From positions 1,447,221-1,511,220 of the forward strand of contig CAVTON010000001.1 of the NCBI GenBank assembly GCA_963736455.1: DNA of 64,000 nt, read 5' to 3'. The stretch's first letter is position 1; every line of letters begins with the position of its first letter. Shown in pieces: positions 26,950-35,556 of this stretch. The position numbers and the translations under genes are program-made. The notes under the pieces were generated by a model. It ran no database searches. It had not been told where the DNA came from and saw only the letters and a list, made by a program, of their open reading frames with translations. This stretch comes from an uncultured Acidobacteriota bacterium (lineage in GTDB: Bacteria > Acidobacteriota > Thermoanaerobaculia > UBA5066 > Gp7-AA6).

Positions 26950-26970
26950 CCCCGCCCTTAGGAGACGCAC

Positions 26971-27711
26971 ATGTCCGGCCACAGCAAATGGAGCACGATC
27001 AAGCATAAGAAGGGCGCCGCCGACGCCAAGCGCGGCCGCCTCTTCACCAAGCTGATCCGCGAGATCACCATGTCCGCCAAGCAGGGCGGAGGCGCTCCGG
27101 AATCCAATCCCCGTCTGCGAAAGGCGATCGACGACGCGAAAGCGGTCAACATGCCCGCCGACAACATCAAGCGCGCCGTCCAGCGCGGCACGGGGGAATT
27201 GCCCGGCGTCTCCTACGAAGAGGTGACCTACGAGGGCTACGGCCCCGGCGGAACGGCCATTCTGATCGAGGCGCTGACGGACAACAAGAACCGGACGCTG
27301 CCGGAGATCCGGACGATCTTCTCCAAGCACGGCGGCAATCTCGGCGAGTCGGGATCGGTCAAGTTTCTCTTTCAGAAGAAGGGCTATATCGCGATCGAAA
27401 AGGACAAGGCGAGCGAGGACGCGGTGATGGAAGCCGCGATCGAGGCGGGCGCCGACGACGTCCAGACCTCCGACCAGTTCCACGAGATCCAGACCGCTCC
27501 CGAGTCTTTCGAAGACGTCCGGAAGCAGCTCGAAGGCAAGGGCCTCGCGCTCGCCGTGGCGGAGATCTCCATGATTCCGACGACCGAGGTCATGCTCGAC
27601 GCGCGCAAAGCGGACCAGATGGTCAAGCTGATGGAAGCGATCGAGGACCACGACGACGTCCAGCACGTCTGGGCCAACTTCGATTTCGCCGAGGCTCCCG
27701 CCGAGAGGTGA
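26971..27711 (+). CDS. yebC: YebC/PmpR family DNA-binding regulator
   Basis: MSGHSKWSTIKHKKGAADAKRGRLFTKL.. is a near-invariant YebC N-terminus. Confidence 0.93.
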   Translation: MSGHSKWSTIKHKKGAADAKRGRLFTKLIREITMSAKQGGGAPESNPRLRKAIDDAKAVNMPADNIKRAVQRGTGELPGVSYEEVTYEGYGPGGTAILIEALTDNKNRTLPEIRTIFSKHGGNLGESGSVKFLFQKKGYIAIEKDKASEDAVMEAAIEAGADDVQTSDQFHEIQTAPESFEDVRKQLEGKGLALAVAEISMIPTTEVMLDARKADQMVKLMEAIEDHDDVQHVWANFDFAEAPAER

Positions 27712-27712
27712 A

Positions 27713-28207
27713 GTGAAGATCCTCGGCCTCGATCCGGGAACGGCCGCCACCGGATTCGGGATCGTGACCTTCGCCGAGGGACGGCTCACTCTGGAGGGCT
27801 GCGGCGTCTGGCGTCCGCCGGCGCGCCTCGAATTCGCCGGACGGCTCGACTTTCTCGCCGGGGCGGCCCAGGCGCTGATCGCGACGGAGTGCCCGGCGGC
27901 CGTTTCCGTCGAAACCGTGTTCGCCGCCAGGAACATCGCCTCGGCGCTCAAGCTCGCCCATGCCCGGGGCGTCCTGCTCGCGGCCGCTGCGCGGGCTTCT
28001 CTTCCGGTGTTCGAATACGAGCCGAGGCTCGTCAAGAAGGCCCTGGTGGGCTACGGTCAGGCCGAGAAGGAGCAGGTCCGAGCCATGGTGCTCTCCCTGC
28101 TTTCCCGGCAGCGGTCCCGGATTCCGCTCGACGCGGCCGACGCGCTGGCGGTCGCGATCTGCCACATACATTCGTCGCCTCCGCTCCGTTCGGGGCCTGC
28201 GCCCTAG
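27713..28207 (+). CDS. ruvC: Crossover junction endodeoxyribonuclease RuvC
   Basis: KILGLDPGTAATGFGIV.., ..GYGQAEKEQV.. and ..DAADALAVAICH.. Confidence 0.92.
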   Translation: MKILGLDPGTAATGFGIVTFAEGRLTLEGCGVWRPPARLEFAGRLDFLAGAAQALIATECPAAVSVETVFAARNIASALKLAHARGVLLAAAARASLPVFEYEPRLVKKALVGYGQAEKEQVRAMVLSLLSRQRSRIPLDAADALAVAICHIHSSPPLRSGPAP

Positions 28208-28208
28208 C

Positions 28209-28288
28209 GGGCGCACCGGCGAGCGGCTCGCCCGGATGCGGGCTCGACCGCTCGCCTGGCCCCTCTCTCCGCTCCGGCTCCCGCCGCG
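28209..28288 (+). repeat. Partial copy of the dispersed intergenic repeat, direct orientation relative to copy 1
   Basis: gggcgcaccggcgagcggctcgcccggatgcgggctcgaccgc..ccgctccggctcccgccgcg aligns by eye with 5176-5250. Confidence 0.45.
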
Positions 28289-28517
28289 CAAGTCGTTTCG
28301 CTCGCCCGAGCTCGCGAAACTTGGTCGCGCGGCGAGCAAAAAGTCACACGGTTCCTAAAATCTACGCTTCCGAGCGAGGCGAGGAGGCCCCTCACACCAA
28401 CCGAAAACGCCGTGCTCCGCACGGCGCACCCTACTGCTGAGGGTCTGCCTTCGGTGGTCGGGGTCCCGCCGGGAGAGGGGGTAAGACGGCTCGACAAGAC
28501 GCGATCTTCCAAAAGCT

Positions 28518-28644
28518 CGCGGCGTGAGAAGTCACCTGAGCGAAGCGAAGGTGGAGGCTCACGCCGCGGGAGCCGCAGCGAGCGTCGGGATCAGGCCGGC
28601 GGTCGAGCGCCTTTGCGCGAGCCGCCGGCCGGTGCGCGCCCGAA
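28518..28644 (-). repeat. Copy 2 of the dispersed palindromic intergenic repeat, inverted relative to copy 1
   Basis: 28518-28575 equals the reverse complement of 5239-5296 at 57/58 positions. The remaining ~70 nt are more diverged but alignable. Confidence 0.65.
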
Positions 28645-28703
28645 CGGGCGCGCAGATCCCAAAGCGAGCGAAGGCGACGTTGGGTGCTAGCATTCCAGCA
28701 AGT

Positions 28704-29615
28704 ATGTCCTTTCAGGGTTCCATCTCGGAGCTGCCGGTCCCGGACATCATTCAGCTCGTCTCGGTCTCCGGAAAGACCGGGGTGTTCCTGCTGATGCGGG
28801 GGCCCGAAAGAGGCTCGATTTACCTCCAGAACGGCCGGATCGTGCATGCCGAGCTCGGCTCGCTCGGCGGTGAGGAGGCCGTGTACGCGCTGGCGATCTG
28901 GTCCACGGGCGACTTCCAGTTCACGCCCGGCAAGGAAAGCGAAAAGACCACGATCGAGAAGTCGAACACCTCGCTGTTGATGGAAGCGGCACGGCGTCTG
29001 GACGAATGGAAAGTGCTCGCCCGAAAGATCCCGGGCGTGGACTTCATCCCGGTCCTGAAACCGCGGGAGCTCGGCGAGCCCGTCACGCTCTCGCCTCCGG
29101 AGTGGAACCTGATCATTCGCATCGACGGCCGGAAGTCGGTCGAGGAGCTCGCGCGTTCGACGAGCTCGAACTCCTTCGAGACGGCGAAAGTGCTCTATGG
29201 GCTCGTGACTTCCGACCTGGTGGACATGCGTCCCAATTCCGCGGCCCGGAGCGGCGCGGCCGCACCGGCGCCGGCGGCGCCCTCGCCCGCCGAAGCGCCG
29301 GCTCACCGCCCCGCCTCGACGGCGCCGCCTTCGGGCGCCACCGCGGCGCCGGTCCTCGGCGACGAGAAGAAGATCCTGATGATTCTCTGTACGCGCGTGA
29401 AGCAGGAAGCCGAGGGCGCGATCGGGGAAGCGAATCTGCCGGGGATCGATCGCCCCTACAAGCAGGCGCTGGCCGAAATCGATCGCGGCCGGGGAGTGGA
29501 GGCCGTCCGCGATCTGATCCGCCAGACGGAGAAGGCCATTTCTTCGATCCGCGGCCCGGCGATCATGCGGGCGTTCCAGGAAAAGATGTCCCTGGTGATG
29601 CAGCCCAAGGTCTGA
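28704..29615 (+). CDS. DUF4388 domain protein
   Basis: ATG at 28704: MSFQGSISELPVPDIIQLVSVSGKTGVFLL..GSIYLQNGRIVHAE..GEEAVYALAIWSTGDFQF, the DUF4388 pattern. The track's upstream extension lies inside the repeat region. Confidence 0.75.
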   Translation: MSFQGSISELPVPDIIQLVSVSGKTGVFLLMRGPERGSIYLQNGRIVHAELGSLGGEEAVYALAIWSTGDFQFTPGKESEKTTIEKSNTSLLMEAARRLDEWKVLARKIPGVDFIPVLKPRELGEPVTLSPPEWNLIIRIDGRKSVEELARSTSSNSFETAKVLYGLVTSDLVDMRPNSAARSGAAAPAPAAPSPAEAPAHRPASTAPPSGATAAPVLGDEKKILMILCTRVKQEAEGAIGEANLPGIDRPYKQALAEIDRGRGVEAVRDLIRQTEKAISSIRGPAIMRAFQEKMSLVMQPKV

Positions 29616-29710
29616 TCCGGATCCTGTCGGGCCGCCGCCCTTTCGACTTCAGCCTTCGGGGTCAGGGGGACCTGACCGGAAGGACGGTGACCTGCCCAAA
29701 CAGAAGATGT

Positions 29711-29739
29711 TTGGCAATCCGAGCGTTTTGCCTTATCCT
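29711..29739 (+). promoter_or_regulatory. Candidate sigma70-type promoter (TTGGCA-17 nt-TATCCT) for the OmpA-family gene
   Basis: Hexamers at 29711-29716 and 29734-29739, about 53 nt upstream of the ATG at 29792, which has an AAAGGAGA Shine-Dalgarno sequence. Confidence 0.3.
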
Positions 29740-29791
29740 ATTCGGCAGCTACGTTTCCCCGTCCGGGCTCGACTCGAAAGGAGACACTCGC

Positions 29792-31171
29792 ATGATGTCC
29801 AAGCGGACCGCGCTCCTCGGGATGCTGCTCGCCCTGACCGGCGCTTTCGCCTTCGGGCAGCCCGCCGTGATCGCCCCGACGACGGGTGGCGACATCGGAC
29901 TCCTGACGATGCCCACGGCCGACTCGCCCCGGGCGGGCCAGTTCACCCTCGGCTTCTACGGCTGGTACGCGCCGCGATACGCCGCCGAGTCCTTTGACGG
30001 TCAGCCGAACAATACGCGGTGGTTCGTGCAGTACGGCGCGACGGGTTCCGCGAGCCTCGGTCTGACCAACTGGTGGTCCATTTTCGTCGCGGGCGGCGGC
30101 CAGGTCACCCAGACGGGCGGCGGCTGGCAGGGGGGAATCATCAATGGCGTTTCGATCCCCGGCCACCTTCGCCTTTCGGAGGGACAGAAGATCCGCCTCG
30201 GGACCAAGGTCAGCTTCCACTCCGAAGATGATCCGGACCTGCGCTTCGGAATCTGGTTGGCCGGGCTCATTCCGGTCACCTCCGCGGACGCGACCGATGC
30301 GAACGGCACCGTGCAGCGCATCAACACGGATCGCGGCGACTGGGAATGGGGCGGCGCGGTCACCAAGGGCTGGTTTACGGGCATGGTGTCCTATCAGCTC
30401 TCCGGCCAGCCCACCGACGTGGACGTCCGTGTGCCGAACATCCTGAGATTCGGCGTCGGCACCGAGATCCCGGTCCTTCCGATCCTGCACATCCTCCTCG
30501 AGGGCTGGTACAACGTCTACGACGGAGGCGACTTCCCCGAGCCCGACTACGGCGCGCTCAACGCGGGCGCCCGCTTCTGGATCGGGCACACCGGCTGGGC
30601 GGTTTCCGGCGCGCTCTCGACCAACCTGAGCATGCTGTTCGACCACGGCATCGATCCGAACCCGTTCGGCGGCGTCGTCGGCATCACCTATGCCGCGTGG
30701 CCCCCGGCGCCTCCGCCGCCCGTGGTCGTTCCGGCCGCCGCCGAACCGATCATCGAGCAGCCGGCTCCGGCCCCGGCCGCCGTGGCTCCGGCTCCGCAGC
30801 CTCCCCCGCGACCGGCGCCGCGAACCACGACCGACGAGATCTTTTTCGACGGCAAGAGCGCTCGCCTGACCAACATCGCCAAGGCCGTCCTGGACGGCGT
30901 GGCCCTGCGCATGAAGAACGACCTCAACGCGACGGCCGTCGTGACCGGCTACACCGACAACAACGGGACCGACAAGGCCAACGAAGAGCTCGGCATGAAG
31001 CGGGCGCAGGCGGCCAAGGAATACCTGGTGACGCGCCACGGCATCGATCCGGGCCGGATCACGGCCGCTTCCAAGGGGTCGTCGGAGCCGGCGTACGACA
31101 ACTCCACGGCGGAGGGCAAGACGAAGAACCGCCGGGCCCAGATTGTGGTTACACTCGTATCGGGAACGTGA
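29792..31171 (+). CDS. OmpA-family outer-membrane protein (N-terminal barrel-like domain, Pro-rich hinge, C-terminal OmpA/peptidoglycan-binding domain)
   Basis: Signal peptide MMSKRTALLGMLLALTGAFAFG, PPAPPPPVVVP hinge, and ..VTGYTDNNGTDKANEELGMKRAQAAKEYLV..NRRAQIVV. Confidence 0.85.
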   Translation: MMSKRTALLGMLLALTGAFAFGQPAVIAPTTGGDIGLLTMPTADSPRAGQFTLGFYGWYAPRYAAESFDGQPNNTRWFVQYGATGSASLGLTNWWSIFVAGGGQVTQTGGGWQGGIINGVSIPGHLRLSEGQKIRLGTKVSFHSEDDPDLRFGIWLAGLIPVTSADATDANGTVQRINTDRGDWEWGGAVTKGWFTGMVSYQLSGQPTDVDVRVPNILRFGVGTEIPVLPILHILLEGWYNVYDGGDFPEPDYGALNAGARFWIGHTGWAVSGALSTNLSMLFDHGIDPNPFGGVVGITYAAWPPAPPPPVVVPAAAEPIIEQPAPAPAAVAPAPQPPPRPAPRTTTDEIFFDGKSARLTNIAKAVLDGVALRMKNDLNATAVVTGYTDNNGTDKANEELGMKRAQAAKEYLVTRHGIDPGRITAASKGSSEPAYDNSTAEGKTKNRRAQIVVTLVSGT

Positions 31172-31200
31172 GAGGGATCTCGCCACAGCGCTTCTTCGAA

Positions 31201-31225
31201 CCCCCTCCCCGCGAGGGGGTTTTTT
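31201..31225 (+). terminator. Rho-independent terminator of the OmpA-family gene
   Basis: 7-bp stem ccccctc/gaggggg, 5-nt loop and a run of six T, 30 nt after the stop codon. Confidence 0.7.
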
Positions 31226-32354
31226 GACTCCGGCCGGCGAAGCCGAGGTTCCGCACAGCCCTCCCCCTCGGGTCGTCGGGCTGACGGTCATCTCGCTCGC
31301 CGCCGTCGTCGGGCTGCTCTACTACGGCCGCCCGCTCCTCGTTCCGATCGCGTTCGCTCTCTTCCTGTCCTTCGCGCTGCGCCCCTTCGTTTCGCTGCTC
31401 GAGCGGGCGGGCGTGCCCCGCGTGCTCGCGATCCTCCTGATCCTCTTCGTCATCGTCGGCGGCGTGGCGCTGCTCGTCATCAACGTGACGGCGCAGCTGA
31501 ACCAGTTCTTCGCGGCGCTGCCCCGCTACCAGGCCCGGATCCGGGACCTCGTGAGCCACGTCATGGCCGTCGTGAACCGGCTCCGCGAGCGGATGGGCTC
31601 GATCCTTCCGGAGGATTCCCGGGGCGTCCGCGAGGTCAAGCTCACCGAATCGCAGCTCGACACGACCCGCGCCCTCTTCACCCAGCTCGGCGAGACGCTC
31701 GGCGTCGTGCTCTATGCCGCCACGGTCCCCTTCCTGACGTTCTTCATGCTGAAAGACCGCGAGAAGTTCAACCGCGTGCTCGCCGGGATCTTCACGCGCA
31801 ACGAAAGGCTCGGCGAAGCGGACGTCACCGGCGCGATCTCGCGGACGATGACGGCCTACGCCCTGGGCCTGACCTTCGTGATGCTCATCATGGCGGGCAT
31901 GACGACGCTGTCCCTGATGGCCCTGCGCATCGACTACTACTACGTGCTCGGGCCCGTCGCGGGAATCGCCATCCTTCTTCCCTACGTCGGCGTGATCCTC
32001 TCGACCGTGCCGGCGGTCGCCGTCGCCTACTTCCAGTACGACGGCGAGAAGGCGCTGCTCGTCTTTCTCGTCTACAGCCTCCTCCAGTTTCTCGAGGGCA
32101 ACGTCCTGACGCCCTTCATCGTCGGCGGCAAGGTTCGGCTCTTCCCCCTGACCGTGATGATCGCGTTCATCTTCTGGGGGACGCTCTGGGGCATTCCGGG
32201 CGCCGTGCTCGCCGTGCCCCTCACCTCGGCCATCAAGGTCGTCTGCGAGCACGTGCGCGGATGGGAGGGCCTCGCGCGCCTGCTCGGCGAGCCGGACCTG
32301 CCGCACTACCGAAAGCGAAAGCGCTCCCCCGAGCACGCCGCCGAAACCGGTTAG
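31224..32354 (+). CDS. AI-2E family transporter (PerM/UPF0118)
   Basis: Multi-pass protein with ..LLYYGRPLLVPIAFALFLSFALRP.. and ..LQFLEGNVLTPFIVG..FWGTLWGIPGAVLAVPLT.. The track start at 31143 would span the terminator, so a TTG at 31224 or a later start is more plausible. Confidence 0.75.
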   Translation: MTPAGEAEVPHSPPPRVVGLTVISLAAVVGLLYYGRPLLVPIAFALFLSFALRPFVSLLERAGVPRVLAILLILFVIVGGVALLVINVTAQLNQFFAALPRYQARIRDLVSHVMAVVNRLRERMGSILPEDSRGVREVKLTESQLDTTRALFTQLGETLGVVLYAATVPFLTFFMLKDREKFNRVLAGIFTRNERLGEADVTGAISRTMTAYALGLTFVMLIMAGMTTLSLMALRIDYYYVLGPVAGIAILLPYVGVILSTVPAVAVAYFQYDGEKALLVFLVYSLLQFLEGNVLTPFIVGGKVRLFPLTVMIAFIFWGTLWGIPGAVLAVPLTSAIKVVCEHVRGWEGLARLLGEPDLPHYRKRKRSPEHAAETG

Positions 32355-32414
32355 ACGTTCCAACGGCCTCGGCTTGAAGCCTCTCTCGCGTCGCACGAGA
32401 ATGGCGCAAGGAGG

Positions 32415-33179
32415 TTGGCCATGCTTCAACGCCTCACGAGGCGCCTCGGTGCCGGTCTGCTCTCGTTGTTCGCTTGTTCTGCCGCCGCGAAGGCGCAGGA
32501 CCCGCGACAACCCCCTCCGGAGCCTCCGTCGTCGACTCGATCACCCCGGGACTTCGGACCCCAGGAGACGGAATCGACGATCTCCGCGCTCGCTTTCTAC
32601 CCGGGCTCGAACGGCGATCCGTACAGCACGTCCGGAAGCCTCGGCCGGTTCGGAGCCGTGAACCTGGACGAGCACTTCTACGCTTCTGTCGAACTTCCCC
32701 TCGGCGCGGTCATCGACTACATCGCGCTCAACAACGTCAACGACAACACCCCCAACGTGATCACCCTGACGCTCCGATACCGGAACGAGAACGCCGCACT
32801 GGCGACGATCGCGACCGTGGGAAACACGCCTCACGAGAATTGGCAAACGGACTTCAGCAGCGGGACGCTCGGCTATGTCTACTCGCTGCACTTTCCGCTG
32901 ATCCTGGACGTCGAAATCACGTCCAGCCCGAACCTGCAGTTCTTCGGCAACGCTCGGATCGGATGGCACCGTTCCGTCAGCCCCGCTCCGGGCGAGGCCC
33001 ACTTCAACGACGTGCCGGCGGACCACCCGTTCTTCCAGTTCATCTCGGCCCTGTACTTCTCGGGGATCACGTCGGGCTGCCAGGCGAGCCCGCCGTTGTA
33101 CTGCCCGGACAGCCCCGTGACCCGCGGCCAGATGGCGGTCTTCCTGGCGAAGGCCCTCGGCTTGAGCTGGCCAAACTAA
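32415..33179 (+). CDS. Secreted protein: variable beta-rich domain plus a single SLH-like C-terminal module (paralogue E of the 55.5-59.2 kb family)
   Basis: Signal peptide LGAGLLSLFACSAAAKAQ. C-terminus FNDVPADHPFFQFISALYFSGITSGCQASPPLYCPDSPVTRGQMAVFLAKALGLSWPN. Shares the LP.GA.I.. landmark (ELPLGAVIDYI) with the family. Confidence 0.75.
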   Translation: MAMLQRLTRRLGAGLLSLFACSAAAKAQDPRQPPPEPPSSTRSPRDFGPQETESTISALAFYPGSNGDPYSTSGSLGRFGAVNLDEHFYASVELPLGAVIDYIALNNVNDNTPNVITLTLRYRNENAALATIATVGNTPHENWQTDFSSGTLGYVYSLHFPLILDVEITSSPNLQFFGNARIGWHRSVSPAPGEAHFNDVPADHPFFQFISALYFSGITSGCQASPPLYCPDSPVTRGQMAVFLAKALGLSWPN

Positions 33180-33202
33180 AACGAGGTCGCCGGAGCGTCC
33201 CT

Positions 33203-35506
33203 TCAGTGCGCCGGTGCTTCGAGGGCCGCGAGCTTGCGCGCGTACTCCTGCGCTTCGGCCGCGCGGCCGGCCTTGGCCGAAAAGGACGCCAGCGCCTCGA
33301 CGAGCTCGCGGTCGCCGTCGTGCTTTGCGTAGGCCGCCTCGAGCACGTCGAGCGCCGGACCGGTCCGGCCGGCGGCGTCGAGAGCGACCGCGTACACGTA
33401 CGCGTAGCGCGCTCGATCCGGAGCGAGCTCGGCCGCCTTACGCAGCTCCGCGAGCGCCTCCTCCAGACGCTTCTGGCGCACGAGGGAGAGCCCGATCGCG
33501 TGGTGGAGGCCGGCATCGGCCGGAGAGACCGCGAGACCCTCGCGCAGCGTCGCTTCGGAGTCCTTCTCGCGCCCCTGGGCTCGGTAGAGATCGGCCAGGT
33601 TCGCATAGGCCGCCGCTAGGGCGGGGGTGATCGCGATCGCACGCCGGTACTCCGCCTCGGCCTTCACGGCATCTCCGCGTTCGGCGTAGAGAGTTCCGAG
33701 GCTCGCGTGGGCCTCGGCGCGGTCGGCATCCACTTCCTGTGAGGCAATGAACTCGGCGACGCCTCGTTCGAGCTCCGTTCGATCCGAGGGACTCAGAGCG
33801 TCCGGCGGCGCGGCCGCGAGGGCGCGGGCCGCTTCGATGCGGACCGCGCGGACCGGATCGCGCAGCAGCGGCCCGGCGAGCGGAACTCGCGCGGGCGGAT
33901 CGAGGCCGCGGAGGGCGACGACCGCGCCGTAGCGCACGAGGGGGTCCGGGTCCGACAGCGCCCGGGCGAGGGCGCCACTCTCGCCGGGGCCGCCGCCGAG
34001 GAGTGTGGCTGCGGTCGCGCGGCGGATGGCCGGCTCCGCGGGGTCTTCCACCACCCGCGCCAGGGCGGCGCTGGCGCCGGCGCGACCTTCGCGACCGGCA
34101 TGGATCGCCTCGGCGTAGGGCGCGGCCGGACGCGCTCGCTCGCCCCACCATTTCTGCGCGGCGGCCGCGGCCCACGCGACGGAACGATCGGTGTGGCACC
34201 CCGTGCAGGCGTCCGGCGTCCCGAGCGCGGCGTCGAGGTCCGGCCTCGGGGTCCGGAAGCTGTGGTCGTGGCGGGCGTGGACGACCATGTACTTGCGCGT
34301 CGGCATGTGACAGGCGACGCAGCGCGCGCCCGGCGAACCGGCCGCATGGAAGTGGTGCTTCGGCGTATCGAACTTGTCCGCCGCATGGCACGCCATGCAC
34401 ACGCGGTCGGCCGAGCCCTTCACCTGGAGCGAGTGGGGATCGTGGCAATCCGTGCACGAGACGCCCGCGGCGTGCATCTTGCTCTGGAGGAATGAGCCGT
34501 ACTCGTAGACCTCGTCCTCGATCTGGCCGTCGGAAAAGTAAAGGCCTTCCTGGAGCAGCGCCGGCCGATAGGTCTGCATCAGGGGTTCGCCGAAGACGTA
34601 GTCGGCGGCGACGACGGACCGGCGGGCATGGCAGCGCGCGCACGTCTCGATCTCCGCCTGCGATGTGCGCGGGACGCTCCGCTTGGCGATGCCGGTGGCC
34701 GGGTCGACGTTCCACGTCGCCTTCGCCGGATCCTTCAGGACGACGGCGAGGCCCTTCTGCGGATCGTCCGGCGCGGGCTTTCCCGAGACCGACGCCTCGG
34801 CCCACGCGACGTGCGCCGAGCCCGGACCGTGGCAGGCCTCGCACGAGACGTCGAGCTCGGACCAGGTCGTCGCGTAGGAATCCGTCGCCTCCGCATAGCC
34901 CTTCTTCACGTTGGTCGAGTGGCAGTCCGCGCACATGAAGTTCCAGTTCTGGTAGGGCCCGGTCCAGTGCAGCGGGTCGGTATGCGCCACCTCTTCCTTC
35001 GGATAGAGATGGAACCAGCGCTGGCCGCCGTCCTTTGCCGGACGCGTGTCCCACACGACGTTCAGCGCCTGAAGCCGTCCTCCCGGAAAAGCGATCAGGT
35101 ATTGCTGCAGCGGCGAGACGCCGAACGTGTACGCGATCGGATATTCGTGGAGCTTGCCGTCCGGGCCGTCCGTCCGCGCAAAGAACTTTCCCTCGCGCTT
35201 GAAGAAGGTCGTCGTGACGCCGTAGTGCGTGAACCGGACGCCGTCGAAGTTGCCGAGCACCGTCTCGTCCGTCGCCTCCTGCATCGCGAGATCGTGGTGC
35301 GAGCCCTTCCACCGGCTCTCCTCGTCGGCGTGGCAGCGCGCGCACGCCGCGCGTCCGACGAAAGCCAGGGGGGCCGCCTTCGGAGCGGGTGGAGGCGTCT
35401 TGACCGCGCCGGCGACGTCTCGCCGGCCGCGGCAGGCCGCGGCCGCCGCCAGGAGGCAGACGGCCACGACAGCGGAAGACCGGGGACCGCGCACGACGCG
35501 GATCAT
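33203..35506 (-). CDS. Octahaem c-type cytochrome fused to HEAT/TPR repeats (lipoprotein-type signal)
   Basis: Eight CxxCH motifs: CARCH, CADCH, CEACH, CARCH, CTDCH, CMACH, CVACH, CTGCH. Signal with LLAAAAAC. C-terminal half has HEAT-like (DPDPLVRYGAVVAL) and TPR-like repeats. Confidence 0.85.
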   Translation of the reverse strand: MIRVVRGPRSSAVVAVCLLAAAAACRGRRDVAGAVKTPPPAPKAAPLAFVGRAACARCHADEESRWKGSHHDLAMQEATDETVLGNFDGVRFTHYGVTTTFFKREGKFFARTDGPDGKLHEYPIAYTFGVSPLQQYLIAFPGGRLQALNVVWDTRPAKDGGQRWFHLYPKEEVAHTDPLHWTGPYQNWNFMCADCHSTNVKKGYAEATDSYATTWSELDVSCEACHGPGSAHVAWAEASVSGKPAPDDPQKGLAVVLKDPAKATWNVDPATGIAKRSVPRTSQAEIETCARCHARRSVVAADYVFGEPLMQTYRPALLQEGLYFSDGQIEDEVYEYGSFLQSKMHAAGVSCTDCHDPHSLQVKGSADRVCMACHAADKFDTPKHHFHAAGSPGARCVACHMPTRKYMVVHARHDHSFRTPRPDLDAALGTPDACTGCHTDRSVAWAAAAAQKWWGERARPAAPYAEAIHAGREGRAGASAALARVVEDPAEPAIRRATAATLLGGGPGESGALARALSDPDPLVRYGAVVALRGLDPPARVPLAGPLLRDPVRAVRIEAARALAAAPPDALSPSDRTELERGVAEFIASQEVDADRAEAHASLGTLYAERGDAVKAEAEYRRAIAITPALAAAYANLADLYRAQGREKDSEATLREGLAVSPADAGLHHAIGLSLVRQKRLEEALAELRKAAELAPDRARYAYVYAVALDAAGRTGPALDVLEAAYAKHDGDRELVEALASFSAKAGRAAEAQEYARKLAALEAPAH

Positions 35507-35556
35507 AGCTCCCGCGTCTGCGGTGATAGGCTCTCACCGATTCGCGGAGGTGGGAA

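Noticed and set aside
29711-29731. Sigma-54 promoter (TGGCA..TTGC) upstream of the OmpA-family gene.
   Set aside because: The GG and GC dinucleotides are 17 nt apart instead of the required 12 (the -24/-12 spacing). The same bases fit a sigma70-type TTGGCA-17-TATCCT better.
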